From positions 32,001-96,000 of the IMG/VR virus record IMGVR_UViG_3300042527_000802: 64,000 nucleotides of DNA, one strand, 5' to 3'. Below are positions 38,832-48,087 of this stretch, in pieces (position 1 is the stretch's first letter; every line of letters begins with the position of its first letter). Source of the stretch: a virus. A program made the position numbers and the translations under genes. The notes below the pieces were generated by a model that was not told the DNA's origin, ran no database searches, and was given only the letters and a program-made list of their open reading frames with translations.

Positions 38832-39847
38832 TGACAACTTTAAAAGAAGATGTAATCAAAAAATTTGGTGATGAAATTATATTGTCTGGCAATGCTTTAA
38901 TTGATAAAAAGGTCTTAACTATTCCTGTTAGTCCATCGCTTGATATTGCTCTTAATGGTGGTATTCCAGAAGGAAGTTTTGTTGTATTAACAGGACAACC
39001 AAAGTGTGGTAAAACAACGTCCTCATTAGACTTTGCAGCAACTGCACAAAGAAAAGAGTATGCTCATGGATCATTTAAAGATGGGCGCCAAGTATACTAT
39101 CTTAATATTGAAGGAAGATTAAAGAAAAGAGACCTAGAAGGCATACCCGGACTAGACTTATCCAGATTCCATATCATCGGAAGTCAACAGGGTAAAATTC
39201 TTCATGGAGAAGAATATCTACAAATCGGTGAAAGAATTATCAATGAAGTTCCAGGATGTGTTTTGATTATAGACTCATATTCTGCTTTGTGTACAGAAGC
39301 TGAAATTACCAGCGATATGGATAAAATGCAAAGAGCAGATGGTGCCAAATTATTAGCCAAATTTTGTCGTAAGATTGCAAATGTGATTCCTGTAAATAGA
39401 AATATTGTAATTGGTATTACGCACTTAATGGGTAATCCAACAGGATATGGTGCAGAGTTTAAGGAGAAGAGCGGTCAGGCTATTGCATACCAAACTGATA
39501 TTAAATTACGAGCAAAAACATTCAAGCCATGGGTTGTAGGGACCGATAATACTCAGATCGGCCAAGAAATAGAGTGGCAAGTTGTTTGTTCCGCATTAGG
39601 TGCGCCAGGAGCAACTGCTACTAGTTTTATACGATATGGTCAAGGTATTGACAAGCACACGGAACTGATTAATCTAGCATCAGACTTGGGCGTAATTCAA
39701 AAGGGTGGTGCTTGGTATACAATACCTAGTTTAGAAGATAAGCCTAAATTTCAAGGTGTTGAAAAAGTTAGAGCGTTTTTAGTAGAAAATAATGAAGCAT
39801 ATAAAAAGATAAGTGAATCAGTCAAAGAGCTACTAGGATTAAAATGA
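38831..39847 (+). CDS. recA: RecA/UvsX recombinase
   Basis: SLDIALNGGIPEG, GQPKCGKTT, IIDSYSAL, YGQGID, KGGAWY, KFQG. Confidence 0.9.
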   Translation: MTTLKEDVIKKFGDEIILSGNALIDKKVLTIPVSPSLDIALNGGIPEGSFVVLTGQPKCGKTTSSLDFAATAQRKEYAHGSFKDGRQVYYLNIEGRLKKRDLEGIPGLDLSRFHIIGSQQGKILHGEEYLQIGERIINEVPGCVLIIDSYSALCTEAEITSDMDKMQRADGAKLLAKFCRKIANVIPVNRNIVIGITHLMGNPTGYGAEFKEKSGQAIAYQTDIKLRAKTFKPWVVGTDNTQIGQEIEWQVVCSALGAPGATATSFIRYGQGIDKHTELINLASDLGVIQKGGAWYTIPSLEDKPKFQGVEKVRAFLVENNEAYKKISESVKELLGLK

Positions 39848-40251
39848 CAATTGTGGATTTAGACAATAATGTTGTTAACTGGCAATTAACAGGACATATT
39901 GCAAAGGGAAGACTGCAGAATAAATCCTCTCTTCATCTACAGGCTAGAAAACTGATTACTATATCATTTCCAACATTACAAATACTAGAAGAAGTTCCTA
40001 TACCATTACGACGATCTGAGACTTTGTATTTGGATTTTTATTTGCCACTAATTAAAACATGTATAGAAGTTCATGGAGAACAACATTTTAAATTTGTTCC
40101 ATTTTATCACAGTACAGTATTAAACTTTTTAAAAGCAAAAAAACGAGATCAACAAAAACTTGAATGGTGTGAAAAAAACGGAATCAATCATATAATACTA
40201 TCATACAATGAATCAGAATCACAATGGAAAGATAAATTAAAACATGAATAA
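39844..40251 (+). CDS. PD-(D/E)XK / DUF559-like endonuclease
   Basis: LYLDFYLP...IEVHGEQH...RDQQKLEWCEKNGI. Confidence 0.75.
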   Translation: MTIVDLDNNVVNWQLTGHIAKGRLQNKSSLHLQARKLITISFPTLQILEEVPIPLRRSETLYLDFYLPLIKTCIEVHGEQHFKFVPFYHSTVLNFLKAKKRDQQKLEWCEKNGINHIILSYNESESQWKDKLKHE

Positions 40252-40735
40252 GCCAGCAAAAGAAGAACTACAATATTGGGATAAAATATTAGATGATTAT
40301 GAAAAAACTCTGTCACTTCCAGACTATGCCGCTGGTTGTGCTGTGACAGAATCTGAAATGAATTCTTATCTAAATATGACTAGAGATGAAATAGAAAAAC
40401 TAGGCCCAGAAGACTGTGCTCAAATTTCGTATAGGTTATCTCAATTTGGATTTTATCTACAAAGAAGTTTAAATAGAGAGATTGCTAGGCATAATTGGTC
40501 AGAAGAGTCTATTAAAGAAGCAATAGCAGACGAAATCAATAACTATAAAGGTTATGGATATATTGAAAAATCATTACAAGCCATCAAGCACAATGACAAA
40601 GCATCTGCATTAAATAATATTAAAAAATATGCTAAACAACGAATGGATAGACTGTCTTATCTAGCTAATACCATAAAAAATTTAAGTGATATATTACTAT
40701 CAATTCAAAAGACAAAGGTGAAACATGCCTCTTGA
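40244..40735 (+). CDS. Helical protein, possibly UvsY-like recombination mediator
   Basis: All-helical coiled-coil pattern two genes after recA; the call is from context only. Confidence 0.4.
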   Translation: MNKPAKEELQYWDKILDDYEKTLSLPDYAAGCAVTESEMNSYLNMTRDEIEKLGPEDCAQISYRLSQFGFYLQRSLNREIARHNWSEESIKEAIADEINNYKGYGYIEKSLQAIKHNDKASALNNIKKYAKQRMDRLSYLANTIKNLSDILLSIQKTKVKHAS

Positions 40736-41099
40736 TAATGATGATATTAAGCAGTTGATTGCTATTTTACAAAAGGGCTTGACGGATAACTCTGTGTCGG
40801 ATACACTTGAGGAAGAGCCTGTTCAAAAACCTAAAAAGGCCGCTAAAAAAGCTGTCAAAAAAGAGCAGACAAAATCAACTAATAAATTCGATCAGATGTT
40901 AGAAAAAAGTATGCACAGAGAGGATATAGAGATTGATCGCAAATTAGCACAGCACCCACCGTCTATACGAGCAAGAGAGTTTTCTCCTGTAGAAGCTACT
41001 TGCAGAGTATGTGGTAAAGTAGAACAAGTTAATCCGGCCTTAATATATGATGCCCCCAATAGATATAAATGTAACAAGTGCGCAAGGACTCCTGGATAA
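40725..41099 (+). CDS. Protein with C-terminal zinc ribbon
   Basis: CRVC...CNKC. Confidence 0.6.
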   Translation: MPLDNDDIKQLIAILQKGLTDNSVSDTLEEEPVQKPKKAAKKAVKKEQTKSTNKFDQMLEKSMHREDIEIDRKLAQHPPSIRAREFSPVEATCRVCGKVEQVNPALIYDAPNRYKCNKCARTPG

Positions 41100-41102
41100 T
41101 TT

Positions 41103-42560
41103 ATGATTTTATGCGACCCGTCTGCTGAAAGAGCAGTATTAAGCTGTATTCTCCAACATGGAGATAAGGCTTATCTTGAGATTAATGATATTCTTAATCA
41201 AGAATGTTTTACTGTAGATAGTAATCAACTAATATATAGTTGTATCAAACATATATTTTCTAAAGATACAGTGTCATCGCTGGATATAGCGTCAATATAT
41301 TCAGCAGCACAGGATCTGGGCGTTAGTCATATTCTTAATAAAAAAGAAGAAGTACAACATCTAAAAGCAATTAAAGATTTTCCAGCCAATATAGATAACA
41401 TCAAGCAGTTCGCTGCCAAAATAAAAAAGCTAGAGATCGCCCGTTCTTTACATAAAGAATTAGAAAGGGCTCAAGATAGATTATTAGATGTCACTGGTTC
41501 AGAACCAATCTCTTCTATTCTGTCTATAGCGGAAGACTCTCTATTTGAGTTCGGATCAAATCTATCAAATGACAATGAGCCATATCATATTGGCGATGGT
41601 CTAGATGAATATATAGAATATCTATCCACCAATCCAGTAGATCAAGTTGGTATATCTAGCGGATTCCCCATATATGATCAGTCAATTGGTGGAGGATTCC
41701 GCAAAGGAACAGTAAATATTATTGCTGCTAGACCAAAAGCTGGTAAGTCTATGTGGGCAGATAATGTAGGATTTTATGTTGCTAATAAATTAGGTATTCC
41801 AGTATTAAATATGGATACCGAAATGAGCAATAAAGATCATATTCATCGAGTTATGGCTATGATGACAGAAGTTGAAATTAATGCTATAGAAACCGGCAAG
41901 TTCAATAAATCCCCTGTACAATTAGAAAAGATAAAGAAAGCATCTGAAGATCTAAAAAATACTAAACTTTATTATAAGTCTATTGCTGGGAAACCATTTG
42001 ATGAACAACTTAGTATTATGCGTAGGTGGATTTGTAAAGAAGTGGGTTTGAATTCGGATGGCACAGCAAAGGATTGTTTGATCATTTATGACTATTTAAA
42101 ATTGATGGACACTAGCGGTATGTCTCAAGATTTAAAGGAATACCAACTCCTTGGATTCATGATGACAGCACTGCATAACTTTGCTGTTAAATATCAGGTT
42201 CCTATTCTTGGATTTATCCAATTAAATAGAGATGGTATTACCAAGGAAAGTACAGATACCGCATCTGGGTCTGATAGAATTATATGGCTATGTAGCAATT
42301 TCAGTATATTCAAAAGAAAAAGCGATGAAGAAATTGCTGAAGATGGTGGAAAATCTGGTAATAGAAAATTAGTACCATTAATTAGTAGACACGGAGGTTG
42401 TCTTGATGATAATGATTATATCAACTTTAACTTAACGGGTTGGTGTGCAAAAATATCAGAAGGACAAACCAAACTAGAAATTTCTCATAATACCTCATCT
42501 AAAAAAGATGGATTTGTAGTCGATGAAAACAATGATCAAGAAGAAATACCATTCGTATAA
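41103..42560 (+). CDS. dnaB: Replicative DNA helicase
   Basis: AERAVLS, ARPKAGKS, DTEM, IYDYLKLM, QLNR, SRHGG. Confidence 0.92.
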   Translation: MILCDPSAERAVLSCILQHGDKAYLEINDILNQECFTVDSNQLIYSCIKHIFSKDTVSSLDIASIYSAAQDLGVSHILNKKEEVQHLKAIKDFPANIDNIKQFAAKIKKLEIARSLHKELERAQDRLLDVTGSEPISSILSIAEDSLFEFGSNLSNDNEPYHIGDGLDEYIEYLSTNPVDQVGISSGFPIYDQSIGGGFRKGTVNIIAARPKAGKSMWADNVGFYVANKLGIPVLNMDTEMSNKDHIHRVMAMMTEVEINAIETGKFNKSPVQLEKIKKASEDLKNTKLYYKSIAGKPFDEQLSIMRRWICKEVGLNSDGTAKDCLIIYDYLKLMDTSGMSQDLKEYQLLGFMMTALHNFAVKYQVPILGFIQLNRDGITKESTDTASGSDRIIWLCSNFSIFKRKSDEEIAEDGGKSGNRKLVPLISRHGGCLDDNDYINFNLTGWCAKISEGQTKLEISHNTSSKKDGFVVDENNDQEEIPFV

Positions 42561-43686
42561 TCAACAAAAATTAAAGATTTTATCTGATAAACTATGCGAT
42601 GATATAGATTCACTATTATCGTATTTTGATATCGAATATAAAACTTTATCCAAAATGATCACTATGAGTTGTCCAATTCATGGTGGTGATAATTCCTCTG
42701 CATTAAATTTGTATCCTGATGGAGATACATATAGAGGCAACTGGAAGTGCAGAACTCATCAGTGTGAAGAAGTCTTTAAGTCTTCTATAATAGGATTTAT
42801 TAGAGGCGTTCTTTCTCATCAAGAACACGGATGGAAGTGTAACGGAGATCAGACTTGTACTTTTGATGAGGCTATAAAATTTGCAGAAAAATTTATTAAA
42901 CAAAATTTAGATGATATCAAGATAGATAAAAAACATGTTGAGAAGACTAATTTTGTAAATACGGTCAACTATATTAGCACAGCACAAAATGCTAATTCGT
43001 CCAATAAATTGACCAGAAAACAAATTCAGAAGGCTCTAGATATCCCTTCCTCCTACTTTTTAAATAGGGGGTATAGCGAGCACATACTTAAAAAATATGA
43101 CGTTGGTGACTGCGTGGCAAGCGGTAAAGAGATGTCCGACAGGGCGGTTGTTCCTGTTTATGACATGGATTATAAATATATGATTGGTTGCACAGGAAGA
43201 AGCATTCATGAAAAGTGTGCAATTTGTAAATCTTTTCATAATATTGATGATAAATGTCCAAACGATAATGAATTATGGCTAATGTCAAAGTGGAGACACA
43301 GCAAGGATTTTAAGACCCAGGAATCCTTATATAATTTTTGGTTTGCTAAAGAATATATTGTTAAACAACAATTTGCTATTTTAGTAGAAAGTCCTGGTAA
43401 CGTATGGAGATTAGAAGAATCTGGAATACATAATTCTGTTGCCGTCTTTGGATCTTCCCTGTCAGATCGTCAGAAGATACTATTAGATATCTCAGGTGCG
43501 TTGTCTTTGGTTCTAATCATGGATAACGATGAGGCTGGACGCAAGGCTTGTGAAATGATAAAGAAAAAATGTCACAAGATATATAATATATTCACAATCA
43601 ACATTTCAGGAAGTGATATAGGATCCATGACAGTAGATCAGATTAAAAGCGAAATCTTACCCCAAATAGAAGCATTAAATTTATGA
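42523..43686 (+). CDS. dnaG: DNA primase (zinc finger + TOPRIM)
   Basis: CPIHGGDN...WKCRTHQC, IGCTGRS, LYN, LVESPGNV, MDNDEAG. Confidence 0.88.
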   Translation: MKTMIKKKYHSYNQQKLKILSDKLCDDIDSLLSYFDIEYKTLSKMITMSCPIHGGDNSSALNLYPDGDTYRGNWKCRTHQCEEVFKSSIIGFIRGVLSHQEHGWKCNGDQTCTFDEAIKFAEKFIKQNLDDIKIDKKHVEKTNFVNTVNYISTAQNANSSNKLTRKQIQKALDIPSSYFLNRGYSEHILKKYDVGDCVASGKEMSDRAVVPVYDMDYKYMIGCTGRSIHEKCAICKSFHNIDDKCPNDNELWLMSKWRHSKDFKTQESLYNFWFAKEYIVKQQFAILVESPGNVWRLEESGIHNSVAVFGSSLSDRQKILLDISGALSLVLIMDNDEAGRKACEMIKKKCHKIYNIFTINISGSDIGSMTVDQIKSEILPQIEALNL

Positions 43687-44303
43687 CAACAATTATAGCA
43701 TTTGCTGGACGCAAGCAGTCAGGAAAAACAACATGCGCTCAATTTGTTAACAATATCCTCAGCACTTTAGGTTCTGTACAAATATATAATTTTGCAGATC
43801 CTCTTAAACAAGATATATGCATGAATATGCTTGGATTAACATATGATCAATGCTATGGGGATGATAATAAGAAAAATGAATTTACTGATATTGATTGGAA
43901 AGACGTTCCAGGATATAGTGAAAATTGGAGTGAATATGGCGGTCTGATGACTGCTAGACAAGTTATGCAAGTTGTGGGGACTGATATATTTCGTAAAATG
44001 AAAAATGATATATGGGCGTCTGCAACTGTTAAGAAGATTGCTCAGGATAATTTGGATTTTGCTATAATAGCAGATTGTAGATTTCCAAATGAAGTAGATG
44101 TTGTTAAGAATGCTAACGGATGGGTGATTAAATTGACAAGAGACCCTCATCATTCCGATCATGCCAGTGAATCAGCATTAGACCCTATAAATTATGATGA
44201 AGATAATTTTGATTGTGTTATAGACAATGCAAATATGACCATCTCAGAACAAAATAATAAAATTCTTGAATTTCTCCAACAAAAAGGAATGATCCTATTA
44301 TAA
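43683..44303 (+). CDS. Deoxynucleoside monophosphate kinase
   Basis: GRKQSGKTT, FADPLK, TARQVMQVVGTD, IADCRFPNE, HASE. Confidence 0.88.
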   Translation: MTTIIAFAGRKQSGKTTCAQFVNNILSTLGSVQIYNFADPLKQDICMNMLGLTYDQCYGDDNKKNEFTDIDWKDVPGYSENWSEYGGLMTARQVMQVVGTDIFRKMKNDIWASATVKKIAQDNLDFAIIADCRFPNEVDVVKNANGWVIKLTRDPHHSDHASESALDPINYDEDNFDCVIDNANMTISEQNNKILEFLQQKGMILL

Positions 44304-45337
44304 TTACATATTTTCGTAGCTCATCATACAATACTCATGGCATGTGTGAGCAACAATATTTTCTCGAATATGTTCTTGGATGGAGAGGCCCGTCAGGACA
44401 AAAAGCAGACAAAGGAACTATTGTACATAAGGTATTAGAAATATTGGCCATTATTAAAAAAGCTCAACAAGACAATATTCAAATTGTTGATGACGATGTT
44501 GCTGGTAAGGTAGATACTTCAAACTATAACTTAAACACATTAATAGAAAAGTCATACAAGCATTATTCCGATGCCTCGCCCCATCATAAATGGACTCCCA
44601 AAGATTACAAAGATTGTCATGCTTGGGTTTACAAGGCTATAGAATTTAATAGTGGGATGTTTGATCCCAGGAATAGAAATATATTAAGACCAGAACAGCA
44701 TTTTGATTTTACCATCAATAAAAAGTGGGCTGAATATTCATTTAAAACAGATGATGGTTTACTTACTGGAAATCTAGCACTTAAAGGAACAATAGACTTA
44801 GTAACATTGGCCAATGAAAAAACTATTGAAATAGTAGACTGGAAAACTGGCAGACGGTTAGATTGGGCAACTGGTCAAGAAAAAACACAAGAAAAACTCG
44901 AAAAAGATCCACAATTAAGAATATATCATTATGCAATAAGTCATCTATATCCGAACATAGATCATATTATATTTTCCATATATTTTATTAATGATGGTGG
45001 CCCATTCTCAATATGCTTTGATAAAAAAGATCTAGCAGACACAGAGAATATGTTAAGACAAAAATTTGAATACATTAAACAAACAAAAAAGCCAAGACTT
45101 AACAAAAGCTGGATGTGTTCAAAATTATGTCATTTTGGAAAAACAACATTTGAAAATAGCAATATTTTACCTATTATTGAATATAGGGATAATCAGTTAT
45201 GTCAACAGGGGTCATACATGACTAAGTGCGAACAAATCAAGCATGATATGGACTTGCACGGCATGGATGCTGTGGTAAAACAATACAAGCATACCAATCA
45301 TACTTTTGGTTCTTATAAGGCTCCAGGATCAACTTGA
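44297..45337 (+). CDS. AddB/Cas4-like PD-(D/E)XK exonuclease (probable non-AUG start upstream of 44342)
   Basis: RSSSYNTHGMC, GTIVHKVLE, KGTIDL, IVDWKTG, QLRIY, CSKLC. Confidence 0.8.
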   Translation: MIITYFRSSSYNTHGMCEQQYFLEYVLGWRGPSGQKADKGTIVHKVLEILAIIKKAQQDNIQIVDDDVAGKVDTSNYNLNTLIEKSYKHYSDASPHHKWTPKDYKDCHAWVYKAIEFNSGMFDPRNRNILRPEQHFDFTINKKWAEYSFKTDDGLLTGNLALKGTIDLVTLANEKTIEIVDWKTGRRLDWATGQEKTQEKLEKDPQLRIYHYAISHLYPNIDHIIFSIYFINDGGPFSICFDKKDLADTENMLRQKFEYIKQTKKPRLNKSWMCSKLCHFGKTTFENSNILPIIEYRDNQLCQQGSYMTKCEQIKHDMDLHGMDAVVKQYKHTNHTFGSYKAPGST

Positions 45338-47208
45338 TGTCATATTATAGTCCGCTTCATGTCCATTCTCACTATTCTTTGTTAGATGGACTAAGCAAGC
45401 CGAAGCAAATAGCAGCAAGATGTCTAAGCATAGGAGCAAAATCCTGTGCATTAACAGATCATGGCAATATATCAGGAGCGGTACAATTCCATTCAAGTAT
45501 GAAATCTGCTGGCATAAAGCCAATTTTGGGTTGTGAGATATATGTTTGCGAACAAGATCCGTCTATGCAAACAAAAGAAAATGGAGATTTGTCCCACTTT
45601 TTATTATTGGCTAAAAATTATGCTGGATGGAAAAGTCTCATAAAAATCATATCAGAATGCAATCTGCCAAATTATTTCTATAAAAAACCTCGTATTAATT
45701 TTGACACATTATCAGAATTATTAGATGGAAATATTATAGGATTTTGTGGTCACCTAGGGTCAACTCTGGCAAATAAATTACATAATGCTGAAAACCCCAT
45801 GAGCATTGGCAAAGAGTTTGTAGCCAAAATGAGAGATATGTTTGGTTATGATAATTTTTTATTGGAGTCTCAACTAATAGACAAAGATCATAATCCTAGT
45901 CAGATTGAATTAACAGATACGATTAGAAGAATAGCCAAAGATAATAAGGTTAAATTAATAGCAACGCCAGATGCTCATTATTGCGAAAGCGAAGACGCAA
46001 TAGATCAAAGAATATTACTATGCAATAATCTCAAAGTAACTCTTTCTGATATAAATAGAAAACTATTATCTAATGAAGATATCCCAATGGGCTGCTTCTT
46101 TAGGTCTGATAAATACCATATACCTTCTTATGATGAAATGAAAGATATTCATACTCAAGAAGAATTAGACAATACTAATCTTGTTGCTGATTTATGCGAA
46201 GATTACGAAATCAAACATAAGCCATTTTTACCAGACTTCGAGTGCCCTAAAGGATACGATCCAGATACCTTTTTAAGACAACTATGTAGAGATGGCTGGA
46301 AAGAAAAAATCAAAGGCAAAATAGATACCGACAAAGAAGAAGTTTATGTTGAAAGAGTAAAGCACGAATTAGAAGTATTACAAGGAGCTGGTTTGTCCAG
46401 TTACTTCTTAATAGTTCAAGATATGGTAAATTACGTAAAAAATAACCAATGGCTAGCAGGACCGGGAAGAGGCAGTGCTGCTGGATGCTTAGTGTCATAT
46501 TTAATTGGGATCACAGATATAGATCCTATCAAATATAAATTGATCTTTGAAAGATTTTATTCTGCTGGTCGAAATACTAAAGATAGAATATCGTTACCAG
46601 ATATAGATATGGACGTACCAATTAATAAAAGAGAAAACGTTATTGAATACGTTAAAGAAAAATATGGCGAAGATAAAGTATCTCAAATGATTACATATAA
46701 TACCATGAAAGGTAGAGGAGCATTAAAAGAAGTACTTAGAGTATATGGTAATATAGGTTTTGAAGAGATGAATAGAATTACCAAATATATTCCAGACGAA
46801 GCAAAAATTGCTGATGAACTACAAGAAATGAAAGAAGAAACAGGAGAGTCATCTATTATTAGATGGGCTTTAGAAAATCAATCAGATAGACTAAAGGAAT
46901 GGTGTTTTTTAAACGATGACGATACTTTGGCCGGTCCTCTTGCAAAAAGATTTGAGCAGGCTATTAGATTAGAGGGTACTAAGTCCAATCAGTCAAAACA
47001 CGCAGCAGGAGTGGTTATATCTAGTCAAAAACTAAGCGAAATATGCCCTATGGTATATGACTCTAAAAATGATCAGACAATAGCCGGTATGGAGATGCAA
47101 GACCTTGAATCTCTAGGTGTAATTAAATTTGATGTACTTGGTTTAGCCTTTTTGGATAAGGCTATGTACATTTCAGATTTACTAATGAATGAAGGAATAG
47201 AATTATGA
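45334..47208 (+). CDS. dnaE: DNA polymerase III alpha, N-terminal part (PHP + palm/thumb)
   Basis: LHVHSHYSLLDG, TDHGN, GRGSAAG, PDIDMD, HAAGVVI, KFDVLGL. Confidence 0.92.
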   Translation: MMSYYSPLHVHSHYSLLDGLSKPKQIAARCLSIGAKSCALTDHGNISGAVQFHSSMKSAGIKPILGCEIYVCEQDPSMQTKENGDLSHFLLLAKNYAGWKSLIKIISECNLPNYFYKKPRINFDTLSELLDGNIIGFCGHLGSTLANKLHNAENPMSIGKEFVAKMRDMFGYDNFLLESQLIDKDHNPSQIELTDTIRRIAKDNKVKLIATPDAHYCESEDAIDQRILLCNNLKVTLSDINRKLLSNEDIPMGCFFRSDKYHIPSYDEMKDIHTQEELDNTNLVADLCEDYEIKHKPFLPDFECPKGYDPDTFLRQLCRDGWKEKIKGKIDTDKEEVYVERVKHELEVLQGAGLSSYFLIVQDMVNYVKNNQWLAGPGRGSAAGCLVSYLIGITDIDPIKYKLIFERFYSAGRNTKDRISLPDIDMDVPINKRENVIEYVKEKYGEDKVSQMITYNTMKGRGALKEVLRVYGNIGFEEMNRITKYIPDEAKIADELQEMKEETGESSIIRWALENQSDRLKEWCFLNDDDTLAGPLAKRFEQAIRLEGTKSNQSKHAAGVVISSQKLSEICPMVYDSKNDQTIAGMEMQDLESLGVIKFDVLGLAFLDKAMYISDLLMNEGIEL

Positions 47209-47384
47209 ATAAAAACTTTTCAGATATTAAAGTGGGCGAAAGATTCACTATAAACGGTAAAGAATATGTTAGAATACAGGATGTTAAAGTTAGTTGCTGT
47301 AGATCTATTAATGCTCAAGCAGTAGAAAATGCCGGTGAACGTATTTTTGTGCAACCTACAAATGTGGTGACCGTAAATGCCTAA
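47205..47384 (+). CDS. 59-aa protein (not in ORF track)
   Basis: MNKNFSDIKVGERFTINGKEYVRIQDVKVSCCRSINAQAVENAGERIFVQPTNVVTVNA; ATGA-coupled to dnaE-N, SD AAGGA, overlaps the next start. Confidence 0.7.
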   Translation: MNKNFSDIKVGERFTINGKEYVRIQDVKVSCCRSINAQAVENAGERIFVQPTNVVTVNA

Positions 47385-48087
47385 TTTTCAAAAATTGTGC
47401 GTTTTCGATTTGGAAACGGACGGAGTAGATCCAGGAAAATGTAGTCCAGTACAAATTGCTGCTATTATAGTTGATCCAATTAAATTAGAAATTATACCAA
47501 ATTCAGAATTTAATATCCATTTAAAGCCAGAAGCTTTAGAAAATAATGCTTCATATAAATATGAAGACAGCGATGTTTTAGATTTCCATTCAAAGGTAAG
47601 AGGGTGCTCTAAAGAAGATATTCTTAAATCATGGCGCTCTTATCAAGATCAAAAAACTGGATGGGAAATGTTTGTCTCATATCTAAATATGTATCATACT
47701 AGATCTAATGGTAAAAAATCCTGCTTCACTGCACCAATTGCTGCTGGATATAATATTAATAGGTTTGATCTTAGGATTATAGAAAGATTAAGTACTAAAT
47801 ATGGCAATCTTAATAAAGAAGCCAAATCAGATTTGTTTTATCCTAGAGACGTTATTGATGTTATGAATATTCTGTTTTATTGGTTTGAGTATAATAATGA
47901 GCTTAAAAATTATACGCTAGATAACCTAAGAGATTATCTGGGTTTGAGTAAAGAGGGTGCCCATGATGCTCTAAAGGATGTTAAAGATACTGCAGAAATC
48001 ATGATTAGATTTTTAAAGTTACATAGAAAACTTGGAGAAAAGGTAAAATTTAAGGGATCCTTTGCAAATGCAAAAATACAAATTTAG
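47377..48087 (+). CDS. DEDDh 3'-5' exonuclease (DnaQ-like)
   Basis: VFDLETDG, AGYNINRFDL, HDALKDVKDT. Confidence 0.88.
   Translation: MPNFQKLCVFDLETDGVDPGKCSPVQIAAIIVDPIKLEIIPNSEFNIHLKPEALENNASYKYEDSDVLDFHSKVRGCSKEDILKSWRSYQDQKTGWEMFVSYLNMYHTRSNGKKSCFTAPIAAGYNINRFDLRIIERLSTKYGNLNKEAKSDLFYPRDVIDVMNILFYWFEYNNELKNYTLDNLRDYLGLSKEGAHDALKDVKDTAEIMIRFLKLHRKLGEKVKFKGSFANAKIQI

Noticed and set aside
44297-45337. CRISPR-associated Cas4
   Set aside because: There are no cas genes or array, and the replication context fits a stand-alone phage exonuclease.
47209-48067. Intron or split intein interrupting dnaE
   Set aside because: The interval is fully occupied by two coupled ORFs encoding a small protein and a DEDDh exonuclease, not a homing nuclease or maturase. 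There is no room for ribozyme structure and no intein terminal motifs.
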